Of a stretch of DNA of 64,000 bases, positions 27,552 to 42,874 are shown in pieces. Numbering within the stretch: the stretch's first letter is position 1; the number at the start of each line of letters is the position of its first letter. The DNA is from the human T2T-CHM13v2.0 reference genome, Homo sapiens, in assembly GCF_009914755.1 (NCBI RefSeq), contig NC_060929.1; one strand, given 5' to 3'. The notes beneath the pieces were generated by a model that was given only the letters and a program-made list of their open reading frames with translations, made no database searches and was not told where the DNA came from. The translations under genes and the position numbers were made by a program.

Positions 27552-29269
27552 TTATTTTTATAGATGATTTTGCTTTGTGTTTTAAAATGTGAATAAATTT
27601 TTGTTGAATTGTACCAAATGTCTTTTTATTGTGTTTATTCATTTTTACTTATTTTATTGAATGCCAAATATTAAATTAATTTTCTTTTAATTTTTTATTA
27701 ATAAAATTATATTATATGGTATTACATGAAATACAGAAATACTAGTATTTTTATTTTATGCCAGTATTAAGATGACAAGCTGCATTGAACATCTTGACAT
27801 ATAAATTTTTCCACAAAATTACATGAAGTTCCATGCTCCAGTATTGGGAGTCATGCCTAGAAATCTATACCCACACTTTGCAAGCAGTCCTAATACTGTG
27901 CTTCAGAAGTAGTAGTGAAAACTTCACAGTAATCAAATCAGCTATTGGACACTAAGTCATCACCCCCTACAGGCTTCCTCCTGCCTCCTGGTAACCAGTT
28001 CCTCCTATCCTCCCAACCTCTGTGAAGTGGAAGCCCACATTGCTAGCTGGAGTCTGTCCTTCTCTCTCTCTTTTCCTGGGATTTGGCATGTGCACCACTT
28101 CACACATCTAAGAACCTCCACTCAATTCTTCTCCCATCCAACGCATCCTTAGCTCCAAGCTCTTCCCCATTCATAATCCTAAAACTTGTAACTCACAACC
28201 CCTCCCTCAACAAATTAATCAAAACCCAAAACCCAAAAACCACAGCCTTGGAAGAGAAAGGAAAGTAACCTCTCTGCAACGTTCCTTGACTTCTCCATCT
28301 GCTGTTCTCTTAATCTTCCCACAGAAAGCACAGGAAATAAGAAAGAGAGGAAAACATCTCATCTGTCATGAAGTGACAAAAAAAAAAAAAAGCATACTAT
28401 GTCATTCTGTCCCAAAGTTTAGCCAACAGTAGAGCAAAATGTAGCAGAAACAGAGTAGGCAAACATATAACCCTGGCTTACAAGCTGGGTATACTGTCAA
28501 GTTATTTCGTGGAACTCTCCTTTCTTGCACAATAAAATAGTGCAATAATAGCTATTGCATAGAAGTTTGTGCAGATTCAATATATATAAAGCACCTGGAG
28601 TATACTATGCATTTTACTAATGGTAACTATTATTAACTCACACACCTCATTCATAGTTCCCATCTATATGAAGTTATAAAAGTGACTTGGCTGTGTTGGA
28701 CAAGAGAGCACTCTCCTCAGCCCCAGGAAAGCATGCTGAGCACCGGAAAGAAAAAACGTTTTGACACAGTGCCATTACCAGGACTAACAAACATTTTCAG
28801 GAAATTCCCTTGGTGCCCATAAGCCATTACAAAGCTACCACCCTTGAGTTTGTCTAAGCACATGTTGAAGCAATTTATGTTTTCAGCTCATAAAACCTCT
28901 TGGAATAACAAGTTCCACTGGTTAGTCATAGTCCATAAATCACCTCTTCACTAACACGACAGCATTCAGGGGAGGCAATGAGACTAGGGGGAAGGAGCTC
29001 AGGCTCTGTTTATAGATGTGGGTTGAGTCTTCGTTTTTCTACTTGTGAGGTCTTGAGTAAGTGGCTTACCTCTATGATCTTCAGGTTCCTCACTATAAAG
29101 TAAGGAAAATGGTACCTAAGCCAAACCTTCTTCAACCTCAAAGGCTTTGATCTACTGTTTGTCCTCCCTGCTAGATTGCTTTCCCATGCACATCCACACG
29201 GCTTGCTTGCTCACTTCATTAGTCATGCTCAAACTCACCTATAAGAAATTTCCCATGTCTGTATCATAA

Positions 29270-30985
<1,716 letters not shown>

Positions 30986-32574
30986 TTAGAAGACTGGACA
31001 GAAACAAACCACCAAACAACCAATGTGGGATTTGGAAATAGTTAAGAAGGTTAAATGCTTGAATCAGAGATAATTAATTATTCCTCTTGCTGGAGGTTTG
31101 TAAAACCATGAAATGTAATTCTTAGCCCATAAATTATGTCTCCAGCAGGAACAGCTTTCAAAATGACACCCACCTTGTCAGCAGTGTAGGCCACAGAGGG
31201 ATTCTCTCCCCATAATTAGGAAGTCCTATGACTTTTCTGGTCAGTAATGTAAGTTAGCTCTTTGGGCCCTTCAAATCCCAATTTTCTTTAAGCCTCAAAA
31301 CACTTTCTCCATTCAGCGATTTAAACATCTATTCCTGTGACGTAATATGGTAATTTTAAAAATTTCTTCACTGGATTTATAAATAAGACTTCTCCCTCTT
31401 CCCTTAGCTCAGGACTTGAGCGGCAGGAAGTCTACAGATAAGAGGTGCATTCACCTTTTTTATTTCCCCACCTTCCACTTTCTCTGCAAGTTTGCTAACC
31501 ACAGTCTCTGATCCCTCTAGGGCTCAATAAAAGCAGGAAGAAGAGGTAAATGGAATCGGAGAGTTCACAGCTGACTGATGATGTCATAGCTCACATCATA
31601 CTTGCTGGGCCTGGAATACGATTAAACCTGGTAATTTATCTTATGGCCCGTCCTTGAATTCTGCAGAGACTGCCTCACCCCCACCCCATTTGCTGCCCAC
31701 ATCCAATCCATAGGAAACACTCACACTTTCTCTGACCAAGGAAACTCTGAGAAGGTAGCTTCTTTCTATACCAGCCATTCAAACTATCACTAAAGGCTAC
31801 TCTCTAAATTCTTTAGATTTTTACCAGCAGAAAAATCTTTTCCCCAAATCTACTTTAATCTCTCCTTTTTTTTTATAACTGATCTAAAATAAATGATCTA
31901 AAACTGTTAGGTCATTTACTCTGAATTTCTGCATGGGAGTCTTAATCTGGAATAAGACATCTATTGTCTTCACGGCTCAATTGAAATTGAGCAAAGTCCC
32001 ATGGTAATGTCCTAATGTATATCCATGGAAAAGTTACGAGAAAATAAAACTGAATATTTATTCGACCACTTGGGTGGTGGATAGAGCTTTTAGCTTCTTA
32101 AGCTTAAAATTTTTTAGTTTAATGTGGGCAAATTTGATGAAATAAACAGCATTTTAATTTTTCTGTTTATCAAAAACATGCTTAACTAAAACTGAAACTT
32201 AAAAATCACATTGGTTTAAAAAAATCTAAGCATATTTAGCCATAGAAGGATTAATGTATTGCTTACAACATTTCTTATTTCCTAATTTTAAAATGGATGC
32301 AGGCCCAGTGTAGAAAACTTGGGAAAAAATACAGAAAAGTATGTTATAATTTCCCCACAGAGAGAAAAGAGAATGACATATCACATTTCCTAGATTTTCT
32401 AAATCATATTAGCTCTGATTGTAAGTTGTCACTGGCCAACGAGAGTGTGATATCCACAAGAAATCATATTAGGAGCCCCTCCACCTCCACTGAGCTGTGC
32501 CACCATCTCAGGGATTATGGTCTCAAGAAAATCATGGCAAACCCAGCTCTTAATTCAGGGTGGTTTTCCCTGTC

Positions 32575-32656
32575 CACCTGCTCTTTCTGCTATAAAGAGG
32601 CCCCTGGGGAACACTCACCCTCTTCCACCATCTGTTGGGCACTGCTGCAGGTGAGT
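32575..32656 (+). promoter_or_regulatory. Candidate TATA promoter plus short exon with 5' splice site
   Basis: E-box CACCTG at 32575, TATAAAG at 32591, perfect donor CAG|GTGAGT at 32650/32651, all in non-repeat DNA; motif evidence only. Confidence 0.3.
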
Positions 32657-35006
32657 CACAGAGATGCCTACAAGGTCTTACAACTTCTAGGAACACTCCT
32701 AAGAAGGTCCTGATCTCTACCATGACAGGAAAACTGCCACCCTCCTCAGTAGGTAAATAGGCTCTTTCAGAACTGGACTGCTCTTCACCTGCACCCACTA
32801 AATCATGTAACTCCAACCCTGTCTTCTTGGGCAATGCAGCCTAATGTCTTCCACAGGCCAAGATTTCATGGACAAAAATCTGTTAACTCTCTCCAGGAGG
32901 TAAAAAGAAGCCCAGGTTTCAAGGACACAAAGTCCCACCTAAAAGCAGAAAAAATACATATATTTTTTCTCTTCCGTGATAAGACTATCTCCAAGAAAAC
33001 ATGACCTACTTAAATTCTTAGTGTGTTAGTCTGCTTCATTAACTTTTCAAAAAATTGCCTTATTACCAGAATAAATCGGAAAAATTAAAATAATGCATAA
33101 CCCCATCCCCTGGAGATTAATGAATTAATGTACTTATTATACATAGAGCTAAAACTAATTGGTAAGACAGAATTTGCTTAAAAATACAAATAAGAAGCCT
33201 TTGGATAAATAGGGTAAAATGTGTGGCACTTAATTCACAAAAAAGGGGAACTAAAATGGTAAACAAAGAGCTTTGCTCTCTCTTAAAGTAAAAAATGCAA
33301 ATTAAAACAATAGTGTGGTTCTAATTTTCACCTATTAAGATAGTGACATACAAAAAGTACTGGAGAGAGAATTCCACTTCTAGGAAGGTGGAACAGAGAT
33401 GCTTTTTCCTGCTAAGTATAACTAGGGATCCTGGATGGCATTTATAACACAAACTTTAAAAGACTCTGAAAAGGGGAGAGAAGAAGGCAGAAGAGCTAGA
33501 GACTTTGGAACCCAAGAAACATCACTATGGTGAGTTCCCTGGGTTTCTTTTTGCCTCAGATATCCCAGGCTGTATACCAGAAAAGTTAGTAATCTGGAAA
33601 TGCCAGTGACCATGGATAAACGAAACAAAACAAATAGAAGAAACACCTGCTCTTTCTAGCCAAAGGGCTGGGAAAGCCACGCCAAGCAAGACAGAAAACA
33701 TTTAGACAATAGCTCTTCTGTTCCAGTAAAACACACAAGGGTCGGGGGGAACAACTTCTGCCCCACTCTCACTCTGCCAACAAAGGCCAAATGCAGAGCC
33801 TGGATTTTCACACTTATCATGATGTAACAAGACATCTCAATCCCTCTGCCATGTCCACCACTTCCTAAGCGCCATGGTATCCATGGTGACAAGCTCCGCC
33901 TGGTGGAAATGAAATGTTCTTTCTTCTCCTCACTGGGGTAGTATCAAAAGAGGCCAAATGAAGAGTCATAACTTTCATCACTGCTCAGTGGTTAAAAATC
34001 ATTACCCCTGCAGTCTCAGCGGAGTCCACACAGGGAACAGCAATGAGGTGCCCTTTCTACTCCCAGCAAAAGTCTTAGTGAGGAGACTAAATTCCCACCT
34101 CCATCCAGCACTAACAAAAAGTGTCTCTCCCTCACTCTCAATGCAGACAGAGGCTGAGTGGAGAACCTGGACTTTTACCCTCAACAGCCAGTAATGAAAC
34201 GGTGCTCTCTCTCTTTCACCTGCCAGAGCCAGAGCAGTGTCAGAGAACATCTGCTGAAGCAGAAAATTGAAATAAGAACAAGAGTCTTACAAAATAGTAC
34301 CTAAAATGTCCAGGATTCAATGAAAAAAACACGCTCATCATTATAAGAACCATGAATATCACAAACTGAATTTTAAAAAGCAATCGACAGATTGCAATAC
34401 TAGCATGGCACAAACTTTAGAATTCTGACTAAGATTTTAAAACAGTCATCATTAACATGCTTCCACAAGCAATTACAAACATACTTGAAACAAAAAAAAT
34501 AGAAAGTAGAACAAAGAGAAAGTATCAACACAGAGATAGGAGATATAAAGAAAAAAAAACAAATAGAAATTGTATAACTAAAAAGTACAACCACCAAAAT
34601 AATGAAACTCACTGGATGGGCTCAACAGCAGAATGGAGAGGACAGAGGAAAGAATCAGTGGCCATGAAGATGAAACAGCAGAAATTACCTAGTCTGAAAA
34701 AACAGAGAAAAAATAAACCAAAAAATAATGAACAAAGCCATTTGTTCATATAGGGACATATTGAACTATAATAAAGTATCCAACATTCATGTCATCAGCA
34801 TCTCAGAAGGAGATGGATCCTGGTAAGACAATGAAAAGACAAGCTACAGACTGGGAGGAAATATTTGCAAACCACCTATCTGACAAAGGACCTATATCTG
34901 GAATATAGAAAGGACTCCCAAAACTTATTTTTTAAAAATCAATCCAATTATAAAATGGACAAAAGACATGAAGAGACATTACATAAAAAATAAACAGATG
35001 TCAAAC

Positions 35007-35747
35007 TGTTATATGAATGAGTCAGAGATGGTCTCTGCGTATTGGTCCCCAGGTTGTTTATTTTTTCACTGCAGGCTGAGATCCATTAACTCAAAAGCCT
35101 TCTAGCACCAAGGTCAAATGTTTACACATCCATTTGTGAAAAGAAAGAAAGAAGGAAAGAAAGGAAAGGAAGAAAGGAAGAAAGGAAAGAAGGAAGGAAG
35201 GAAGGAGGAAGGGAAGGGAAGGGAAAGGAAAGGAAGAGGGGGAGGGAAGGAGAGAGGAAGGAAGGAAGGAAGGAAGGAAGGAAGGAAGGAAGGAAGGAAG
35301 GAAGGAAGGAAAGAAGGAAAGTGAGTCTGCCCAACAGGCAGAATTTTAGCTATTTAAAGCTTCTCTGGTTTACATATCAGGCAAAATTTTACCCCATATC
35401 AGCTGACTATTTATAAGCTAGAGGCTTGCAGTTACAAGACCCCAAACTACTATGACCCTTTAGAGTTCTGTGACACAGAGACTCCATGCTATGCTGCTGA
35501 ATGATATCACCTAGACATGTAAGCCCGGCCTGTTATCTCTCTACCCTGAGAGGTCCCATGCCCTCCTCTCCTTCTGTGTAGGGGACCTGTGCACCATACC
35601 ATGGCTTCTGGACAGACTCCTGCTATGAGGGAACTTCCCCTTTTACTCAACCTTGTCCAAGTGCCACCCAACAAACACTTGTGTGTTGCTGCTTCTTGTG
35701 GTCATATTATATTCCTTGATCAGCCCCAAATCCCTCAAACCCCAACA
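35007..35747 (+). mobile_element. ERVL-class solo LTR (MER74/MER73-like)
   Basis: TG...CA termini with 5-bp TSD caaac inside the L1; 3' end cttgatcagccccaaatccctc; family name tentative. Confidence 0.65.
35138..35321 (+). repeat. Pure purine tract containing (GGAA)14
   Basis: About 184 nt of only A/G; 14 uninterrupted GGAA units at 35256-35311. Confidence 0.95.
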
Positions 35748-36559
35748 CAAACACACAGGAAAAGATGTTCTATATCACTAGCCATTTAGGGAAATGCAAA
35801 TTAAAACCATGATGAGATATCACTATACACCTATTGGAACAGCTAAAATAACAAACATTGACAATACCAAGTGCTGGTGAAGGTGTAGAGAAACTAGAGA
35901 TCTCATGTATCGCTGGTGGCAATGTAAAATGTGCAGCCATGCTGCAAAATAGTTTGTCAGTTTCTTTAGAAACTGAACACACACTTACCATTCAACCCAG
36001 CAATTGCATTCCTGGGCATTTATCCCAGAGAAATAAAGCATATGTCCACACAAAAGCCCGTACATGATTGCTCATAGCAACCTTGTTGGTAATAGCCCAA
36101 ACTGGAAATAACAAACATGTCCTTCGGTAGGTGAATGGCTAAACAAACAGTGGTGCATTCATACCATAGAAAACCACTCAGCAGTAAAAAGGAATGAATT
36201 ATTGACGTGTGCGCCAACTTGGGTACATCTCAAGGGTATTATGCTGACTCTGAAAGTCAATCTCAAAGGGGCAAACGCTGTATGATTTCATTCAAATAAC
36301 ACTCTCAAATAACAAAATTATAGAAATAGAGAATACATTAGTTGTTGCCAGGGGAGAAAGAGATGGGCGTGAGTATAAAGGGTAGCACAGAGGAGATGCT
36401 TATGGTGATGAAATCGTTCTATATCTTCATTGTTGTCATAGCTACACAAATACACAGGACATAGAACTAAACGCACACTGTGCCCTGGTCAAATTCATAG
36501 CTTTGCTAATGCATTATTATTGTATAAGATATGAAGAGGGTTCATTTAAACCGGCACAG

Positions 36560-37245
36560 AATTTTTCCTAAACCACTCCACTTAGCCAACTCACCATTCC
36601 TTCTGTGAAGCAGGTGGACAGATACCCACTGGGTCATTATCGCTCCACACCAGGGGCTGCTCCCCTGTGCTCTGCGTCCTGAGGCTTTCACCAGCTGAGC
36701 TGTCTGCTTACCAGGAGTGAGTTGTATTTGTTCTCAAGCCTGCTAAGGCCTCTTGAGCCATTTTTTTAAATTATGTAATTAAAATACACATTATAGAAAC
36801 CAATTACATAAGAATAGGATAAATAAGAGAGTTACTGTTTCAATGAAAACTAAATTAAAGGCTTTGGAAAGACTCAAAAAAAGCAAGTCACTCATGCAAA
36901 ATTATGGATGTGGAGTTAGGTGTGGGCGAGCAAATGGATTTGAAGGGGGTAGGAATCTTAAACATCCAGAGGGATGCTGCATTCAGATGGTTTCACAAGG
37001 ATCTCTAAGTCATTGCTCCCTTTTGCAGAATCCTAGACTGGAAATTTCAGATAATGCATTGTGGATCACGCATGTGCAGGAAAGACCACACACAACTCCA
37101 AACAGGGGACACACACCAAGACATTGGCCCTGCATCAAAAGATGAGCAGTATACAGATTTAGATACAGACATAGGTAAAATAAAATGCTTAAAGTATGTT
37201 TGTGTAATTCTTGATTCCCTCATTTTAACTGACTACCTCTCTCAA
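36560..37245 (+). mobile_element. Tigger/pogo DNA transposon remnant (Tigger13a-like)
   Basis: KRVTVSMKTKLKALERL...PRLEISDNALW...QER resembles the CENP-B/pogo HTH domains; frameshifted. Confidence 0.65.
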
Positions 37246-37410
37246 ATACTTCTAATAGGATCGTTCCTGTACTCTCTTGTTCAATAATGTACATCAACAG
37301 CCGCCCCCAAAATTCTATCCTCTGACCTAGTCATTCCACTTTGGAAAATTTGATCTAAGAAATAATTCCAAAATCTAGAAAGAGCTATATGTGCAAGGAT
37401 GGAGTATTTA

Positions 37411-37855
37411 TGTAGTGCAAACTTGGTTCACTGGTCACCTACTACCAATGCCCTTATTTTCTTTGAGGAGTTTATGCCCCTGCCCCCACCACATACTATT
37501 TTGGTCCTGCTGTGAATCTAGGCATTCAGACTTCACTGCTCCTAGGGCTAAGTACAAGCCCCAGGCTAGTTTCATCGCCTTCTCTCTAGGGACTTTGTGT
37601 CTGGATCTGACAAGGACGGGAAACCACAGCCAGCATGCATTCATTCTAACAGCACAGCCATCACCCCACTTTCAAGCAGCTCCTGATGCTCAGACCCCCA
37701 GAACGTCCTCAAATCCTGGTTTTTTATTCACCTGGTTCCTCAACCCCCTTGCAAATTCTATGAGTTCATGGGTATCCTTCAAGCAAATTCCTTCCTGCCT
37801 AAGCTATCCAGAGTTGATTTCTGTTACTTGCCAACAAAGAACTCTAACTGACTCA
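37411..37855 (+). mobile_element. Old MLT1 MaLR LTR
   Basis: 3' terminus agagttgatttctgttacttgccaacaaagaactctaactgactca. Confidence 0.6.
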
Positions 37856-38334
37856 ATTTATGAAAGTAGGAGAAAATAGAAACCACCTAAATGTCAAAGA
37901 ATTGGAAGACAGCAAAGTAAATTATCATTTATCTCCTCAAAGAAATATTATGCTGTCATTAAAAATTATAGTTATTAAGATATATAATAAAATAGAAAGT
38001 GTCTACAATATAATATCTATGGGGAAAAGGGGTACAAAATTTGATATGCAGTATGATTACGACCATGTAAAAAGATGCATAGAAGAATTTCAAAATAATA
38101 ATCATGTTGAGATTATGTGGCTTTGTTCCCTTTTATATTTAAAAAATTTTACTGATTAAACTTTTATTCAAATGGAGAAACTAATTTTTTGTTTGTGGGT
38201 ATTTTAAATAGGAAAACGAAACCTGGAGCAATACTTCAGTCCTTTTTTGTTTTCAGTCTGTCTTCATAACAGGGCATGAGTCCTCCCAGTGAGTTACTTC
38301 TTGCCTATCCATTACCATACAATAGATCATCACA

Positions 38335-38520
38335 GCTCAAATTATTGAGTGCCTGGGAGATGCTAGGCACAGTGCTAGAACTTTCTATCATCTTAGGTCT
38401 TCACAACAATCCTGTGAGGTCAATACTATTATTCCCAATTTTCAGAGAAGGAAATTAAGCCAAGAGTTTTAAGTCACAGCTGAAGGCCACGTGGTAAGTG
38501 ATGAAGACTGAATTCAAAGG
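38335..38520 (-). mobile_element. MIR
   Basis: tcttcacaacaatcctgtgaggt...tattattcccaattttcagagaaggaaatt. Confidence 0.65.
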
Positions 38521-39548
38521 ACACAATATGTTATATATTGTGTGTTATGTTGCACAATTTTATTTATGTATGTAAAAAGGCATTAAAGTTGAATTTTCAT
38601 CCAGACACCAAGATACAACAGACATGACATTTCTAAAGGAGGAACCACTGCAGATGTTCAAAGGAAATTCTTGAGAACCATTTCCAGAATATAAAAAGTT
38701 CAAAAAATGGAGGAGCGAGAATTTTGTGAGTTGGCTTATTATGGAGAGAGCTGTGCTGGAAGTCCCATCCTCTCGCCCACTTAGTAAGAGGGGTCCTTTC
38801 CCGGGGCTACTCAACTCAGACATGACCCCCACCCGAAAAGGGAGTTCCTTCTGCAAGGCTACTTAGATGTGGCCCTGACCCCCACACTGGGAGTGCCACA
38901 CATGGGCTGGAGTTTGACTCCCGCCAGGGAAATGAAGGTGTGATGGGCTGGCAACAGCACTGCCACACTTCCAGGCTGTCAAGGCCAAGAATGCCTCAGT
39001 GCTTCCTAGGGACCAAATGAGGTCATGTAGGAGAGAAGGCCCAAGTGGGCTTGCCACAGAGCCTGTCAGACCCCATCTCAATCAGGGCAGCTGAGAGAGA
39101 CCAAGATACCCCAGCAGCAGATAGCTGGATTGAACTACAGGTTGGAGAAAGGAGTGGAAACTAATCACCCAAAATAAAGATGGGTCAAAGGACCTACAGG
39201 GAGAGGAGCCCATCAGGGAACTTCCAAAAAGTACACAAAAGCAGCCCACAAGAGAAGGAGCATCATAGGCACCTGCCTCACCAAGAATCCATGTTTCACA
39301 CAGAGGACAGAAGCAACTCGAGAAAGACCCCTCTTCCCCTTAGGAATCTTCTCCCCTTCTCACCCCAAGAGGTCAGACACTGGGCAGCAAGCTGGGGCAA
39401 CTGGGGATGAGAAAAGGACAAAACGGAGGAGAGAGAAGATTCTAGGAGAGCCTTCTTCCCCATAGCCGGCTTCCAGATCACATCAGGCAGAAAAGATTTA
39501 AAGCCAAATCACTTCAGAACTTGGATTAGTATATTGCTCTAAGCTTTC

Positions 39549-40032
39549 TTTTTTTTTTTTTTTTTCCTATTATGTGCCACATTCTTACTTTTTTAAAAAA
39601 TTATACTTTAAGTTTTAGGGTACATGTGCACAACGTGCAGGTTTGTTACATATGTATACATGTGCCATGTTGGTGTGCTGCACCCATTAACCTGTCATTT
39701 AACATTAGGTATATTTCCTAATGCTATCCCTCCCCCATTCCGCCACCCCACAACAGGCCTCAGTGTGTGATGTTCCCCTTCCTGTGTCCATGTGTTCTCG
39801 TTGTTCAATTCCCACCTGCGAGTGAGATCATGTGGTGTTTGGTTTTCTGTCCTTGCAATAGTTTGCTCAGAATGATGGTTTCCAGCTTCATCCATGTCCC
39901 TACAAAGGACATGAACTCATCATTTTTTATGGCTGCATAGTATTCCATGATGTATATGTGCCACATTTTCTTAATCCAGTCTATCATTGTTGGACATTTG
40001 GGTTGGTTCCAAGTCTTTGCTATTGTGAATAG
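39549..40032 (-). mobile_element. L1PA4/5-like 3' fragment with an extra 3' segment
   Basis: Antisense L1 3' end; TSD tattgctctaagctttct / tattgcactaagctttct. Confidence 0.92.
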
Positions 40033-40647
40033 TATTGCACTAAGCTTTCTAGTTATTGCATTAAAGCTATATTTCCAGCTTGAAGTGACTGTTGAACTAC
40101 CTCAAACCTTAGAGTCTGAGTGAGGGGAAAAGCCATGGTACCTGCTAGGATTTTTATGCAGAGACAGGGGGAATAACTCCCACTGGAGAAAATTTTAAAG
40201 GGGCGGCAGAATTGTTTTAAGCCATGTTTTAATACGGCATGAGCCGCGTTTGCTCAACACCTTTGTTTTATCTGTGGATGTCCTCTGACCCACGGGGCCA
40301 CATGAGCTCTAGGACAGGGCCTCCATTCTGTCACCACTATATTCCCAACGTCCAGTGCAATGCCTGGCACAGAGTCAGAGCTGGGCAGATGCTCTCTCCA
40401 TCAATCATGCTGCCCAAAGAAATGGTAAATGAGCCAAGAAGACCATAATATTTCTATCTGATGCCATCAATAATTGACTTGAATCTCTTCCATCATGTGA
40501 AGTAATTGGGGGATAACTTATCCGCTTCCTTTATTTACAGATTCCGGCAGTGACCTCTGTAGGTATCCAAAATGACACTGGATGAGATTGCTTCACGTCA
40601 ATATATTTTTTTCAAATAGTATTTTGCTGCTGTTTAAAATAATTTGG

Positions 40648-40800
40648 GGGCTAGCACAGTGGCTCATACCTGTAATCCCAGCATTTTGAGGGTCTGAGGT
40701 GGGAGAATCACTTGAACCCAAGAGTTTGAGACCAGCCTGGGCAACATAGTAAGACCTCATCTCTACAATAATACATAAATAAATAAATAAATAAATAAAT
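40648..40800 (+). mobile_element. FLAM/Alu monomer with (TAAA)n tail
   Basis: Single Alu arm; TSD aaaataattt. Confidence 0.85.
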
Positions 40801-40864
40801 AAAATAATTTCAAGGGGACTCCAAACTAAATATTTTGTATTATCTTCTCTGATATTTTTAGGGG

Positions 40865-41293
40865 GTATAAAAGTCAGGTTCTCCAGAGAAACAGAATATG
40901 TATTTATAGAAAGATTTTAAAATATGGTTTATGATACTGTGGGGGCTGGAAAGTCTAAACTCTGTGGGGCAGGTCAGCAGGCTGCAGACTTAGGTGAGAG
41001 TTAATCCTGCAATATTGAGTCTGAATTCCACAAAGCAGCAATCTGGAAACCCTTGCCCTCTTATGGACAATTTCTTCTTCCTCCAGAAAATCTGTCTTTT
41101 TCTCATAAGGCCTTCAACTGATTGGATGAGGCCCACCTACATTACAGAGGCTAATTGGCTTCACTCAAAGTCCACCGATTTAAATGTTAATCATATCTAA
41201 AAAATGCCTTCGCAACAACATTTAGGCTGGCATTTCACCAAATTACTGGGCACCACAGACTAGCCACATTGACACATAAAAGTGACCATCACA
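40865..41293 (-). mobile_element. MLT2 ERVL LTR
   Basis: ggttctccagagaaacaga...tcaactgattggatgaggcccacc...ttgacacataaaagtgaccatcaca. Confidence 0.8.
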
Positions 41294-41585
<292 letters not shown>

Positions 41586-41700
41586 TTAACCATCACAGCA
41601 GAGAAAGATTCACCTCATATTCAACACTATATTACATTATGGGGGAAAACTTGCCTCTCCTCAGCACTGCTGGACTAGGGGGAGTTAAAAGGCCTTTTAA

Positions 41701-42057
<357 letters not shown>

Positions 42058-42874
42058 GAGTCAGAGTTTTAATACAAGCCCTCGCCTTACCACTTGCGAC
42101 CCTGACCGCCTCCATTTATTTGTCTGTAAATCCAGGAGAACACTTCCTACTTCCAGGGTGGTGATGAGAATTAAATATAATAACATCCACAGATCTATAC
42201 AGTAATACTTATTAAGTATAAAATGTCTTCCCTTCTTCCTTATTTTATCCAACCTTCCTCATCTACTATGAAGGTAAAATATTCGAGGAGGGGGAGTTTA
42301 ATAACTGAATATCCATGATCCTTTTAAAATCTCATAGATGTGTACATTTCACGTAAAAAAAGAAAGTAGGGTGACTATGAAGGAGCTATTAGCTACTAGA
42401 TATGAATTTTAAATGAAGCTTAATTTTAGAACAATTTTTGGAACATATTCTTAGCTTTCATCACTCAACAAATATTTGTGAAGCATCTATGTGTCAGACA
42501 TACATTCTCAGGCTGGGCTTTTGGTGAATTTACACTGTTGGGGGTGGATGTTCTCAAAATCCAACGTTGCAAGACAGCATCATCTTGACAATGGAGAGCT
42601 GTTAAAGCGTATCCTTCAGTCTCTCTGTAGCTCAGGCAGTAGGCCGGGAACATCGCTGTCAGGGGCTACCTGGTAACTGCTATAGCCACTGTAGGCTCCA
42701 GCCGCACTGATGGGCTTGCCTGGTTTCAGCCACATGGTGCAGTATGCAAGCTGTTACCACTTGAATGGATTTCTCTTCTTCTCTTCCTCATCCTTCAGAT
42801 AGCCTTCCATCCCTCTTGTTCAGATAGATAGCCTTCCATCCCCTTTCTCCACTATCATCCCAGTCTAGTTCAGA

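Larger units (their letters stand above)
33370..36540 (+). mobile_element. Old L1M (L1MC/MD-like) 5' and 3' fragments
   Basis: ORF1-like aaactcactggatgggctcaacagcagaatgg; ORF2 3' gaaatgcaaattaaaaccatgatgagatatcac; 3'UTR to about 36540. Confidence 0.7.

Noticed and set aside
35118-35334. KEGR- and LPSF-repeat ORFs
   Set aside because: Translations of the GGAA microsatellite
37391-37879. 162-aa ORF
   Set aside because: Coincides with an old MLT1 LTR and has a non-ATG start
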